Below the pieces are notes generated by a model, which did not search any database, was not told where the DNA came from, and saw nothing but the letters and a program-made list of their open reading frames with translations. From positions 121,691-145,690 of the forward strand of contig NZ_JBIQLE010000002.1 in NCBI RefSeq assembly GCF_044464525.1: a stretch of DNA of 24,000 nt, written 5' to 3'. Origin of the DNA: Pusillimonas sp. GTDB lineage: Bacteria; Pseudomonadota; Gammaproteobacteria; Burkholderiales; Burkholderiaceae_B. A program made the translations under genes and the position numbers. Below are positions 1 to 7,982 of the stretch, one piece after another (position 1 is the first letter of the stretch; every line of letters starts with the position of its first letter).

Positions 1-1323
1 TGCGTGGGCAACCTCTCTATCGGCCAGACCAAGGGGCAAGTCGTCGAGCTCAAGCTAGACGGCGTCATCAGCCCAGCCTCGTCCGACTTCATCGTGCGCG
101 GCATCGATCGCGCCGCATCGCAAGATGCCCAGCTCGTCGTCATCACTCTGGACACTCCAGGGGGCCTGGACGCCTCCATGCGCAGTATCGTCAAATCGAT
201 ATTGTCGTCCCCCGTGCCCGTCGCGACCTATGTCGCTCCCACCGGCGCCCGTGCCGCCAGCGCCGGTACCTTTATCCTGTACGCCAGCCACATAGCCGCC
301 ATGGCGCCGGCCAGCAACATCGGCGCCGCCACGCCCGTACAGATAGGCGGTGCATCCAAGCCTGCCGAAGCCGCAAAGAAGGGCGAACAAGAAACCGAGC
401 CCACTGACGCCTCGGGTAGAAAAGCCCGCAACGATGCAGCCGCCTACATCCGCAGCCTGGCGCAATTGCGGGGCCGCAACGCCGACTTCGCCGGAAGGGC
501 GGTTCTGGACGCCGCCAGCATGTCGGCACAGGAAGCCCTTGAAGAAGACGTGATCGATGTCATCGCCACTGATATTTCCGACCTCTTGAAACAGCTCGAT
601 GGGCGTCAGGTCGAACTTGCCGGCGGCAATATGGCCAGCCTTCAAACGGCCGATGCGCCCGTTGCGCAAGTAGAGCCCGACTGGCGCACCAAGTTGTTGC
701 TGCTGATCGCCAACCCGCAGGTGGCGGTGATACTGATGATGATAGGCGTTTACGGGCTTTTCTACGAAGTAACCAGCCCAGGCCTGGCGGGCCCGGGCAT
801 CGCAGGCCTCATCAGTTTGCTGCTTGCTTTTTATGCGTTCCAATTGTTGCCCGTCAACTGGGCGGGTGTCGGCCTTATTTTCCTGGGACTGAGCCTTATG
901 ATTGCCGAAGTGTTCTTGTCCAGCTTCGGCATCGCCGGAGCGGGCGGCGTTGTCGCCTTTGTCCTGGGCGGCATATTCCTTACTGACACTGATATTCCCG
1001 GTTTTGATCTGGGGCTTCCCTTCATCATCGGCACTGCATTATTTAGTGCCGCAGTACTTCTGATCATCGGCCACCTGGCGCTTCGATCGTATCGCAGCCG
1101 TGTCGTCAGCGGCGCCGAATACATGGTTGGCCAGACAGGCACGGTAACCCATATCGAGAACGGCACTACTTATGCCAACATCCAGGGCGAGCTGTGGAAA
1201 GTTCATGGCGGCCAGCCGCTGCATACGGGCCAGACGGTGCGCGTTACATCGATTGACGGCCTGCTTCTTGCTGTCGACGTCGTTGCGCCGACTGCTTCCC
1301 GATCCAACCCACGACACTCCTAA
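1..1323 (+). CDS. NfeD-family membrane-bound serine protease (ClpP class, long form); 5' end cut by window edge
   Basis: The frame is open to position 1. The GTG at 4 is probably internal because no signal peptide or TM precedes the protease domain. ClpP-like N-domain motifs are present ([28 protein letters not shown]). A central block of about 4 hydrophobic helices follows ([23 protein letters not shown] ... LLIIGHLAL). The C-terminal OB-fold NfeD domain reads GQTGTV...GELWKV...[14 protein letters not shown]. An SPFH gene begins 20 nt downstream, the canonical pairing. Confidence 0.85.
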   Translation, partial: CVGNLSIGQTKGQVVELKLDGVISPASSDFIVRGIDRAASQDAQLVVITLDTPGGLDASMRSIVKSILSSPVPVATYVAPTGARAASAGTFILYASHIAAMAPASNIGAATPVQIGGASKPAEAAKKGEQETEPTDASGRKARNDAAAYIRSLAQLRGRNADFAGRAVLDAASMSAQEALEEDVIDVIATDISDLLKQLDGRQVELAGGNMASLQTADAPVAQVEPDWRTKLLLLIANPQVAVILMMIGVYGLFYEVTSPGLAGPGIAGLISLLLAFYAFQLLPVNWAGVGLIFLGLSLMIAEVFLSSFGIAGAGGVVAFVLGGIFLTDTDIPGFDLGLPFIIGTALFSAAVLLIIGHLALRSYRSRVVSGAEYMVGQTGTVTHIENGTTYANIQGELWKVHGGQPLHTGQTVRVTSIDGLLLAVDVVAPTASRSNPRHS

Positions 1324-1343
1324 CTGTCCACCAAGGAAAACCT

Positions 1344-2204
1344 ATGTTCTTCTTCGATTTCGATCTTAACTTCGGCCTGCTGATCCTGTTGATCGTCATT
1401 GTGGTCATCTTGATCAACACGGTGAAGATTTTGCGCGAGTATCAGCGCGCCGTGATATTTACCCTGGGTCGCTTTACAGGTGTGAAAGGGCCGGGCCTGG
1501 TCATCGTCATTCCCGGACTGCAACAGATGGTGCGAGTCGACCTGCGTGTAATAACCATGGATGTGCCCAGCCAGGACGTCATCTCACGCGATAACGTTTC
1601 GGTCAGCGTCAACGCGGTGATCTACTTTCGCGTCGTTGCGCCGGACAAAGCCATCATCCAGGTCGAGCGTTACCTGGACGCCACCAGCCAGTTGGCCCAA
1701 ACCACATTGCGCGCCGTGCTGGGCAAGCATGACCTGGACGACATGCTCTCCGAACGCGAGAAGCTCAACCACGACATACAGGCCATACTTGACCAGCAGA
1801 CCGACGGCTGGGGCATCAAGGTAACCAACGTCGAGATCAAGCATATCGATCTCAACGAAACCATGATCCGGGCTATCGCACGCCAGGCCGAAGCAGAGCG
1901 CGAGCGGCGCGCCAAGGTCATCCATGCCGAGGGCGAAAAGCAGGCTGCCCAGGCATTGATGGAAGCCGCCCAGAAACTCGCCGAGCAACCCACGGCCATG
2001 CAATTGCGCTATCTGCAAACGCTTACGCAGGTGGCCGGCGACAAGACCTCCACTATCGTGTTTCCGGTGCCGGTCGACATGATCGCGGGCTTCTTTGATA
2101 AATCGGCGAAGGGCTTCTCTCCCATCGTGCCGCCTGTGCCCGCGCAGCCGACGGCGCCTGCCACCGACCCCGATCTGCCCCGGCGTATCGACCCGGTCGC
2201 ATAA
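1344..2204 (+). CDS. SPFH/band-7 (stomatin-like, slipin) membrane protein
   Basis: ATG is preceded by AAGGAAA. There is an N-terminal hydrophobic hairpin ([18 protein letters not shown]). The SPFH core reads [14 protein letters not shown]...[12 protein letters not shown]...VDLRV...[17 protein letters not shown] coiled-coil region follows ([27 protein letters not shown]...MQLRYLQTL). The C-terminal tail is Pro-rich. Confidence 0.9.
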   Translation: MFFFDFDLNFGLLILLIVIVVILINTVKILREYQRAVIFTLGRFTGVKGPGLVIVIPGLQQMVRVDLRVITMDVPSQDVISRDNVSVSVNAVIYFRVVAPDKAIIQVERYLDATSQLAQTTLRAVLGKHDLDDMLSEREKLNHDIQAILDQQTDGWGIKVTNVEIKHIDLNETMIRAIARQAEAERERRAKVIHAEGEKQAAQALMEAAQKLAEQPTAMQLRYLQTLTQVAGDKTSTIVFPVPVDMIAGFFDKSAKGFSPIVPPVPAQPTAPATDPDLPRRIDPVA

Positions 2205-2212
2205 GGTACGGC

Positions 2213-3421
2213 ATGAGCAATCGTCCAAGCAAAAAGATGCGATCTTCGAAGGCGCGCTATGCGGCGCAGGGCCGAGCGCTGCTTGCCGGCTTGGCAATCG
2301 CCGCGGCTGTGCTGCATGCGCCGGCTTTTGCACAAACCGAGACATTTGAAAGTGAAGCCGGGCCGCTCGAGGTAACGACGCTGCTAAAGGGCCTGGAAAA
2401 CCCCTGGAGCATGGCGTTCCTACCCGACGGCCGGGGCATGCTTATTACTGAAAGGCCGGGGCGCTTGCGTCTCTGGACGCCGCAAGACGGCTTGTCAAAA
2501 GCGCTGGCGGGAACGCCCGAAGTGTTCGCCCAGGGGCAGGGCGGTTTGCTCGACGTGGCATTGCCGCCCGACTTCCCCGAAACCCGACGCGTTTATCTGT
2601 CGTTTGCCGAAGGCTCGCCCCGCAATCCGAGCGAAGGGCCGGCCGGCACGGCAGTGGGATATGGCAGGCTGTCGCAAGACGGTCTTCGTCTGGAAGACTT
2701 TCAAGTCATTTTCCGTCAACAGCCCAAATTATCCAGTGGCGTGCATTTTGGGTCGCGCCTGGTGTTCGACGGCGACGGCCATTTGTTCATCGCCTTGGGC
2801 GAAAACAATCAACGCTCCACCGCCCAAGATCTGGACAAACTGCAAGGGAAGATCGCTCGCGTGCACCTGGACGGCAGCGTGCCGGAAGACAATCCTTTTC
2901 TTGACCGTGACGACGCCGCGCCTGAAATCTGGTCTTACGGCCATCGCAATCAACAGGGCGCCGCCATTAATCCCTGGAGCGGCGCACTTTGGACCCACGA
3001 ACATGGGCCGCGCGGCGGCGACGAAATCAATATAGCCGTCGCCGGCAGGAACTACGGCTGGCCGCTGGCCACCCACGGCATCAATTATTCAGGCTTGGCC
3101 ATACCCGAGGCTCAAGGCGAAGCTGTATCCGGGACAGAGCCGCCACACCATGTGTGGGAAAAATCCCCTGCAATCAGTGGAATGGCTTTTTATGATGCTC
3201 AGCGCTTTGCGCAATGGGAACATTCTCTTTTCATCGGCGCCTTGGTCGATAAATCAGTCATACGGCTGAAGCTGGACGGCGACAAGATTACTCACGAGGA
3301 AAGATTCCTGAAAGAAATGGGTGCGCGCATCCGCGACGTCAGGGTTGGCCCGGACGGCTATCTTTATGTATTGACCGACGAACGGGACGGACGCTTGTTG
3401 AAAGTGGGTCTCGAGCCCTGA
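2213..3421 (+). CDS. PQQ-dependent soluble sugar (glucose/sorbosone/aldose) dehydrogenase, YliI-like, secreted
   Basis: Sec signal peptide ends ...HAPAFA/QTE. Beta-propeller quinoprotein family motifs are present: LENPWSMAFLPDG, GGLLDVAL, SYGHRNQQG, HEHGPRGGDEIN, NYGWP. An alternative ATG at 2237 is possible. Confidence 0.85.
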   Translation: MSNRPSKKMRSSKARYAAQGRALLAGLAIAAAVLHAPAFAQTETFESEAGPLEVTTLLKGLENPWSMAFLPDGRGMLITERPGRLRLWTPQDGLSKALAGTPEVFAQGQGGLLDVALPPDFPETRRVYLSFAEGSPRNPSEGPAGTAVGYGRLSQDGLRLEDFQVIFRQQPKLSSGVHFGSRLVFDGDGHLFIALGENNQRSTAQDLDKLQGKIARVHLDGSVPEDNPFLDRDDAAPEIWSYGHRNQQGAAINPWSGALWTHEHGPRGGDEINIAVAGRNYGWPLATHGINYSGLAIPEAQGEAVSGTEPPHHVWEKSPAISGMAFYDAQRFAQWEHSLFIGALVDKSVIRLKLDGDKITHEERFLKEMGARIRDVRVGPDGYLYVLTDERDGRLLKVGLEP

Positions 3422-3435
3422 AAAGCGGCATAGGC

Positions 3436-3864
3436 TTACTTGACCAATGTCACGGGCAGGTCGATCAGGCTTATCACCTTGGTAGCCACCGAGCCCATCA
3501 CCAGGCCCGAAATGCGGCTGAGGCCCCTGGTGCCCATTACCACGTGGCTGCTGCCTTGCTCTTTGGCGTGCTCGACTATGGTCTCGGCCACGGGCCCCAC
3601 CAACACGGCGAATGTCGTCGTGGGTGCGGATGCGCCCGCCAGCAGCTCACGTGCGTCCTTAAGCGCCTTTTCGCCTTCTTCTTCGTAATATTCGTCGAGG
3701 ATATCGGCCGAGATGAAACGCTTGACGTTGCCCGAGGCGATGGGCGGCTGCACCGTAATGACTTGCAGCGTGGCGCCGGCGCGCTCGCCTATCATGGCAA
3801 GAGCCGTCTTGAGAGCGTTGAGGGACGATTCGGACCCGTCGACAGGGACTAGTACTTTATTCAT
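3436..3864 (-). CDS. Universal stress protein (UspA family, single domain)
   Basis: 142 aa. N-terminus is VLVPVDGSESS. The C-terminal ATP-binding-type motif G-x2-G-x9-G-S is present (MGTRGLSRISGLVMGSVATKV). Confidence 0.85.
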   Translation of the reverse strand: MNKVLVPVDGSESSLNALKTALAMIGERAGATLQVITVQPPIASGNVKRFISADILDEYYEEEGEKALKDARELLAGASAPTTTFAVLVGPVAETIVEHAKEQGSSHVVMGTRGLSRISGLVMGSVATKVISLIDLPVTLVK

Positions 3865-3955
3865 TCGGAACCCATAAGAATTTTGAGCCGTGCTCCGCGC
3901 TACGGATCGTTTTGGAATAGGGTTATCTTAAACCATGCGAATCGGGGTTGTTCCA

Positions 3956-4459
3956 CTAGGTTTCGTACAGTTTGCGTAAAAGGCGCAGCAAGGTATCGCG
4001 TTCACTATCTGAAAGGACGCTGGCGGCCTCATCTTCTATACGCAGAGCTTCTTTCTCTGCGCTTCGACAAAGTGTCAGGCCGGCGTCCGTCAGAGAAAAG
4101 CGTTGCTTGCGCCCATCGCGGTCGCTGCGCTGGCGAACAAGCAAGCCCCGGGCCTCAAGCCTTTCCAAAACAGGAGCCAGATTGGGCGGCGCCACGCCGA
4201 TGCCCTGGGCCACCTCTTTTTGGCTAAGGCCGGCGTTGGCCAATAAAAGGCTCAACACGGCGAAGTCGGCGGGCCGCAAGGAAAAAGACGCCATCCTCTG
4301 GTCGGAAAATGGTTCGACCTTCAGGAACGCCCGCCGGCAATGATAGCCCAGAAGGCGGTGCATCAGCGATGGAAGCAGGGCGCCTTGGTTATCGTCGTCG
4401 GCTGGATTATTCTGATGTGGAGCGGCCGAAGCGACGGCCGTCCGGCGACCCGATGTCAA
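3956..4459 (-). CDS. MarR-family transcriptional regulator
   Basis: Winged helix-turn-helix reads LSQKEVAQGIGVAPPNLAPVLERLEARGLLVRQRSDRDGRKQRFSLTDAG. I chose TTG at 4459-4457 as the start. It has GGAG 7 nt upstream and lies 1 nt after the TGA (4463-4461) of the upstream synthetase gene. The ORF-track start at 4540 would overlap that gene by 80 nt. An ATG at 4363 is an alternative but lacks an SD. Confidence 0.75.
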   Translation of the reverse strand: MTSGRRTAVASAAPHQNNPADDDNQGALLPSLMHRLLGYHCRRAFLKVEPFSDQRMASFSLRPADFAVLSLLLANAGLSQKEVAQGIGVAPPNLAPVLERLEARGLLVRQRSDRDGRKQRFSLTDAGLTLCRSAEKEALRIEDEAASVLSDSERDTLLRLLRKLYET

Positions 4460-4460
4460 T

Positions 4461-6446
4461 TCAAGACTCCGCCGGCGCCGCGTTGAGCCGTTGCGCGAAA
4501 TTGACAAACCAGGCCATGCTGTCGGGATTGGACATGGCATCGGGGCTGGCGACCTTGTCGACGCTGGTACCCAGCAGCAGCTTGCGCACGGGCAGTTCCA
4601 TCTTCTTTCCGCTAAGTGTGCGGGGAATCTGCGTTACAGCGTGGACGTCATTAGGCACATGGCGGGCTGACGCCTTGGTCCGGATTTGCTCTTTGATGCG
4701 CGCCGCCAACGCATCGTCCAGTTCGACGCCCTCGGCCAGCACCACGAACAGCGGCATGTAAGAAGGGCGGCCCAGATATTCAAGATCGACCACCATGCTG
4801 TCACGCACCTCGGACAGCTCTTCGACGACGCGATAAATTTCGGCCGTGCCCATGCGTATGCCATGGCGGTTGATGGTCGTGTCGGAACGACCATAAATTA
4901 CCGCCGTGCCGCGTTGGCTGAACTCAATCCAGTCGCCATGTCGCCAGTAACCCGGGAAGGTTTCGAAATAGCTTTCAAGATAGCGCTGATTGCCGGCGTC
5001 GTTCCAGAAACAAAGCGGCATCGAAGGCATGGGCTTGGTAATGACAAGCTCGCCGACTTCGTTGATGACGGCTTCTCCGTCGTCATTGAACGCGTATGCG
5101 GCCACGCCCAGCTCGGCGCATTGAATTTCGCCGGCCGTGACGGGCAGGCAGGGGGCGCAGGCCACGAAGCCCGACGCAATGTCGGTACCGCCGCTGATGG
5201 ACGCCAGCCACAGATCGCGCTTGACGTGGTCGTAGACCCATTGGTAAGCGTCCAGCGGCAGCGGTGAGCCGGTGGAGTTGATACTGCGCAAGGCTTGGAA
5301 ATTCGCTTGAGCGCCGGGGTTCAGTTCATCTTTCTTGCATTGGATCAAGAATGCGGCGCCGCAGCCGAAATGGGTAATGCCTTGCTCGTCAATGAAACGC
5401 CACAGCGATTGCGTATCCGGGTAAGCCGGATTGCCGTCGTACAGCACCACCGTGGCGCCCGATAAAAGACCGCCCACCATCAGGTTCCAGACAATCCATC
5501 CGGTGCTGCCCAGGAACATGAATCGGTCGCCCGCGCGCACGTCGTGCTGCAGCTGCATGGTCTTGAGGTGGGTGAGCACGATGCCGCCATGTCCGTGCAC
5601 CATGGCCTTGGGCATGCCCGTGGTGCCCGAAGAATAGACAATCCAAAGCGGGTGATCGAAAGGCAGACGCGTGAACTCCAGCGGCGCCTGCCGAGATAGC
5701 GCTTCAGTCCATGAAAGGCGATTTTTCCAGGACGGCGCGTCGTTGGAAGCCGGACCAGGCACGTGGATGACATGGTCGATAGACGGCAGTTTGTCCAGCA
5801 GTTCGGATACCACGGCGGAGCGGTCGTGCAATTTGCCGTTGTAGCGATAGCTGTCAACGGCAAACATGACCTTGGGCTCGATCTGCTGGAAACGATCGAC
5901 CACCACCGATACGCCCATCTCCGGAGAGCAACTGGACCAAATGGCTCCCAGGCTGGCGCAGGCCAGAAAAGCCACCACGGTTTCGGGAAGATTGGGCATA
6001 TAGGATACGACCCGGTCTCCGGGGCCTACCCCCAACTGCCGCAAGCGAGCCGCCAGCGCACCCGTTTGTTCTTGTAGATCTTTCCATGACACCTCGCGCG
6101 GCGGCGCGTCTTCTGCGCGGGCCAGCAGTGCAGGGCGGGAGGGGTCTGCGTTGCGAAAAACGTGTTCGGCATAGTTGAGCTTCACGTCTGGAAACCACTT
6201 GGCTCCGGGCATGCTTGCATCAGCCAACACCTCTGTGGGATCGCCATCGGCCTGCACATCGAAAAAGCGCCAGACTGCGCTCCAAAACTGCTCGAGCTCG
6301 TCGACCGACCATTGCCAGAGCGAGGCGTAGTCATCGAAGTGTTTTCCGTGCTCTTGCTTCATGTACTCGATGAACGCCGCCAGCCGTGTCTCGTTGATCT
6401 GTTGCGCGGTGGGGCGCCAAAGGACTTCGCCTTGCTCGATGGCCAT
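4461..6446 (-). CDS. Acetoacetyl-CoA synthetase (acetoacetate-CoA ligase), AMP-forming
   Basis: The N-terminus is typical of the family (LWRPTAQQINETRLAAFIEYM...YASLWQWSVDELEQFWSAVWRFF). The AMP-binding signature is YSSGTTGMPK. The C-terminal region reads PRTLSGKKMELPVRKLL. The start was moved to ATG 6446 (AGAGG SD upstream). The 37 codons upstream in the ORF track are AT-rich junk (LCIISIYSSFF). Confidence 0.9.
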   Translation of the reverse strand: MAIEQGEVLWRPTAQQINETRLAAFIEYMKQEHGKHFDDYASLWQWSVDELEQFWSAVWRFFDVQADGDPTEVLADASMPGAKWFPDVKLNYAEHVFRNADPSRPALLARAEDAPPREVSWKDLQEQTGALAARLRQLGVGPGDRVVSYMPNLPETVVAFLACASLGAIWSSCSPEMGVSVVVDRFQQIEPKVMFAVDSYRYNGKLHDRSAVVSELLDKLPSIDHVIHVPGPASNDAPSWKNRLSWTEALSRQAPLEFTRLPFDHPLWIVYSSGTTGMPKAMVHGHGGIVLTHLKTMQLQHDVRAGDRFMFLGSTGWIVWNLMVGGLLSGATVVLYDGNPAYPDTQSLWRFIDEQGITHFGCGAAFLIQCKKDELNPGAQANFQALRSINSTGSPLPLDAYQWVYDHVKRDLWLASISGGTDIASGFVACAPCLPVTAGEIQCAELGVAAYAFNDDGEAVINEVGELVITKPMPSMPLCFWNDAGNQRYLESYFETFPGYWRHGDWIEFSQRGTAVIYGRSDTTINRHGIRMGTAEIYRVVEELSEVRDSMVVDLEYLGRPSYMPLFVVLAEGVELDDALAARIKEQIRTKASARHVPNDVHAVTQIPRTLSGKKMELPVRKLLLGTSVDKVASPDAMSNPDSMAWFVNFAQRLNAAPAES

Positions 6447-6483
6447 GCCTGGACCTCTTGATGTAAAGAAACTGGAATAAATG

Positions 6484-6498
6484 CTTATGATACATAAG
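6484..6498. promoter_or_regulatory. Perfect palindrome CTTATG-ATA-CATAAG in the AT-rich divergent intergenic region; candidate operator
   Basis: Read directly: cttatg (6484-6489), ata, cataag (6493-6498). It lies 38-52 nt upstream of the synthetase ATG. A second inverted repeat GCATA-ct-TATGC is at 6649-6660. No binding protein has been demonstrated. Confidence 0.35.
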
Positions 6499-6742
6499 TA
6501 ATTCTGCAGGCACATGAGGATAGGCCTGGGGAAAACCATAAGACGAAGGCGACTCATGGTCCATCAGTTACAAACTGTGCTTCTTTTGTCCATTGAACCT
6601 CAAAGCACGGCATATATTGCAGTTTGATGTCATGACCGTGACTTATACGCATACTTATGCACAGACTTTGTGGATAAGCTTCCTGTCGCCGGGCGTGGTG
6701 CTTGCTAGGAAGATACAGCCATTTCGATTACCAGGCGAAGTC

Positions 6743-7294
6743 ATGAAAGCGTATCGCGTCGCAATATTGGTCGGCAGTTTGCGTAGGGATTCCTACAACC
6801 GGCAGTTGGCCGAAGCCCTCATTGCAGCGGGTTCAGGCCGGTTCGAATTTCAGCGAGTGCGCATCGATGATCTGCCTTTGTACAACCAGGATCACGATGA
6901 AAACCAGGCAGAGCCCGTAAGGCGGATGAAACGCCAAGTGCGGGAAGCAGACGGGGTGATTTTCGTCACGCCGGAATACAACCGTTCGATACCAGGGGTC
7001 TTGAAGAACGCCATCGACCATGGGTCTCGGCCCTTTGACGATAGTGTCTGGGCGGGAAAGCCTGCAGGAGTGATGGGGGCGAGCCCGGGGTCCATGGCTA
7101 CGGCGCTGTCACAGCGCGATCTGCGCAATGTCTTGGCGTCATTGGATATGCCGACGCTGGCCCAACCGGAAGCCTATGTGCTGGTTAAAGAGGGAACGTT
7201 CAATAACATAGGCGGCGTAAACGAAGAGTCGGTACATGTCTTTATGCAAGACTGGCTGCATCGCTACGCCGCCTGGGTGGCGAGATTCGCTTGA
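6743..7294 (+). CDS. NADPH-dependent FMN reductase (ChrR/YieF-like flavin reductase)
   Basis: Family motifs are present: VAILVGSLRRDSYN, ADGVIFVTPEYNRSIPGVLKNAIDHGSRP. The start was moved to ATG 6743 (MKAYRVAIL...). The upstream in-frame 50 codons fall in the AT-rich intergenic region. Confidence 0.85.
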   Translation: MKAYRVAILVGSLRRDSYNRQLAEALIAAGSGRFEFQRVRIDDLPLYNQDHDENQAEPVRRMKRQVREADGVIFVTPEYNRSIPGVLKNAIDHGSRPFDDSVWAGKPAGVMGASPGSMATALSQRDLRNVLASLDMPTLAQPEAYVLVKEGTFNNIGGVNEESVHVFMQDWLHRYAAWVARFA

Positions 7295-7301
7295 AGGGGA
7301 A

Positions 7302-7751
7302 TTAGCTGCTGAGCTTGAGGGTGCCCTTCATGATTGCCCAGTGGCCGGGGAAGGAGCAGAAGTAGGCGTAATCTTCGCCGGCGCTGAGCTTGCTGACGTC
7401 GAAAGTGACGGAAGCTTCTTCGCCTCCGCCTATCAGGTCGGTGTGGGCAATAATGCGCTCGTCGTCGGGCTTGAGGTAGTCATTGGCGGCGCCGGCGGCC
7501 ATGCCGTCGGTGGCGGCGGCCTGCATGTCGGCCTGGGTGGTCAGGACCCAGTTGTGGCCCATGGCGGCCACGGGCAGCTTGCCCACGTGCTTGAGATGAA
7601 CCGTGTATTTTTCGCACGATTTATCCACGGTGATTTCTTTTACGTTGAACTGCATTGCATCGTTGCCTTCGATGACGGTTTCGCAATTTGCGGCCATGGC
7701 GGGAAGCGCGGCGGCGGACAAAACAGCGGCTAGGGCGAATTTGGCGAACAT
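7302..7751 (-). CDS. azu: Azurin (type 1 blue copper protein) precursor
   Basis: Signal peptide is [22 protein letters not shown]. The mature sequence aligns along its whole length with known azurins ([12 protein letters not shown]...ITVDKSC...MGHNWVL...[14 protein letters not shown]...SVTFDVSKL). Copper ligands are His in MGHNW and C-x4-H-x3-M in [21 protein letters not shown] precedes the ATG. Confidence 0.95.
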   Translation of the reverse strand: MFAKFALAAVLSAAALPAMAANCETVIEGNDAMQFNVKEITVDKSCEKYTVHLKHVGKLPVAAMGHNWVLTTQADMQAAATDGMAAGAANDYLKPDDERIIAHTDLIGGGEEASVTFDVSKLSAGEDYAYFCSFPGHWAIMKGTLKLSS

Positions 7752-7788
7752 ATCTGGCTCCGTTTAGCAGTAAAAAATTCGTGACAAC

Positions 7789-7819
7789 GCGGCCCTTCCG
7801 ACAATTCCGGAGGGGCCGC
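7789..7819 (-). promoter_or_regulatory. 12-bp stem-loop in the azurin upstream/leader region
   Basis: gcggcccttccg / acaattc / cggaggggccgc gives 12 pairs including one G-U, with a 7-nt loop. On the minus strand a T6 run follows 11 nt after the stem, about 20 nt before the azurin SD. Function unknown. Confidence 0.35.
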
Positions 7820-7887
7820 GCCGTATCTTGTGTACCCATTCTAACCTTGAGCACGGATATCCGGGTTGACCCTGATCAAACAGAATG

Positions 7888-7915
7888 TAAAAAGCCCGCC
7901 TCAAAAGAGGCGGGC
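7888..7915 (-). terminator. Rho-independent terminator downstream of the binding-protein gene
   Basis: On the minus strand: GCCCGCCTC-TTTT-GAGGCGGGC followed by TTTTTAC. It lies about 70 nt after the stop at 7983. Confidence 0.75.
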
Positions 7916-7982
7916 CAGGCAAGGACATATACAAGTCCTTGGATAAACGCGCCGTCACGGCGCGCCATGCCGCTGAATCGGC

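Noticed and set aside
1584-2345. 253-aa minus-strand ORF opposite the SPFH gene
   Set aside because: Shadow ORF. It is antisense to a well-supported stomatin-like CDS and has no family features.
6447-6742. N-terminal extensions in the ORF track (synthetase to 6557; FMN reductase from 6593)
   Set aside because: The extensions run into the AT-rich intergenic region and encode implausible peptides. Family-typical N-termini begin at ATG 6446 and ATG 6743.
6840-6848. GGTTCGAAT, resembling a tRNA T-loop; also GGTTCGACC near 4313
   Set aside because: Both lie inside well-supported CDSs. I could not build an acceptor, D or anticodon stem around either.
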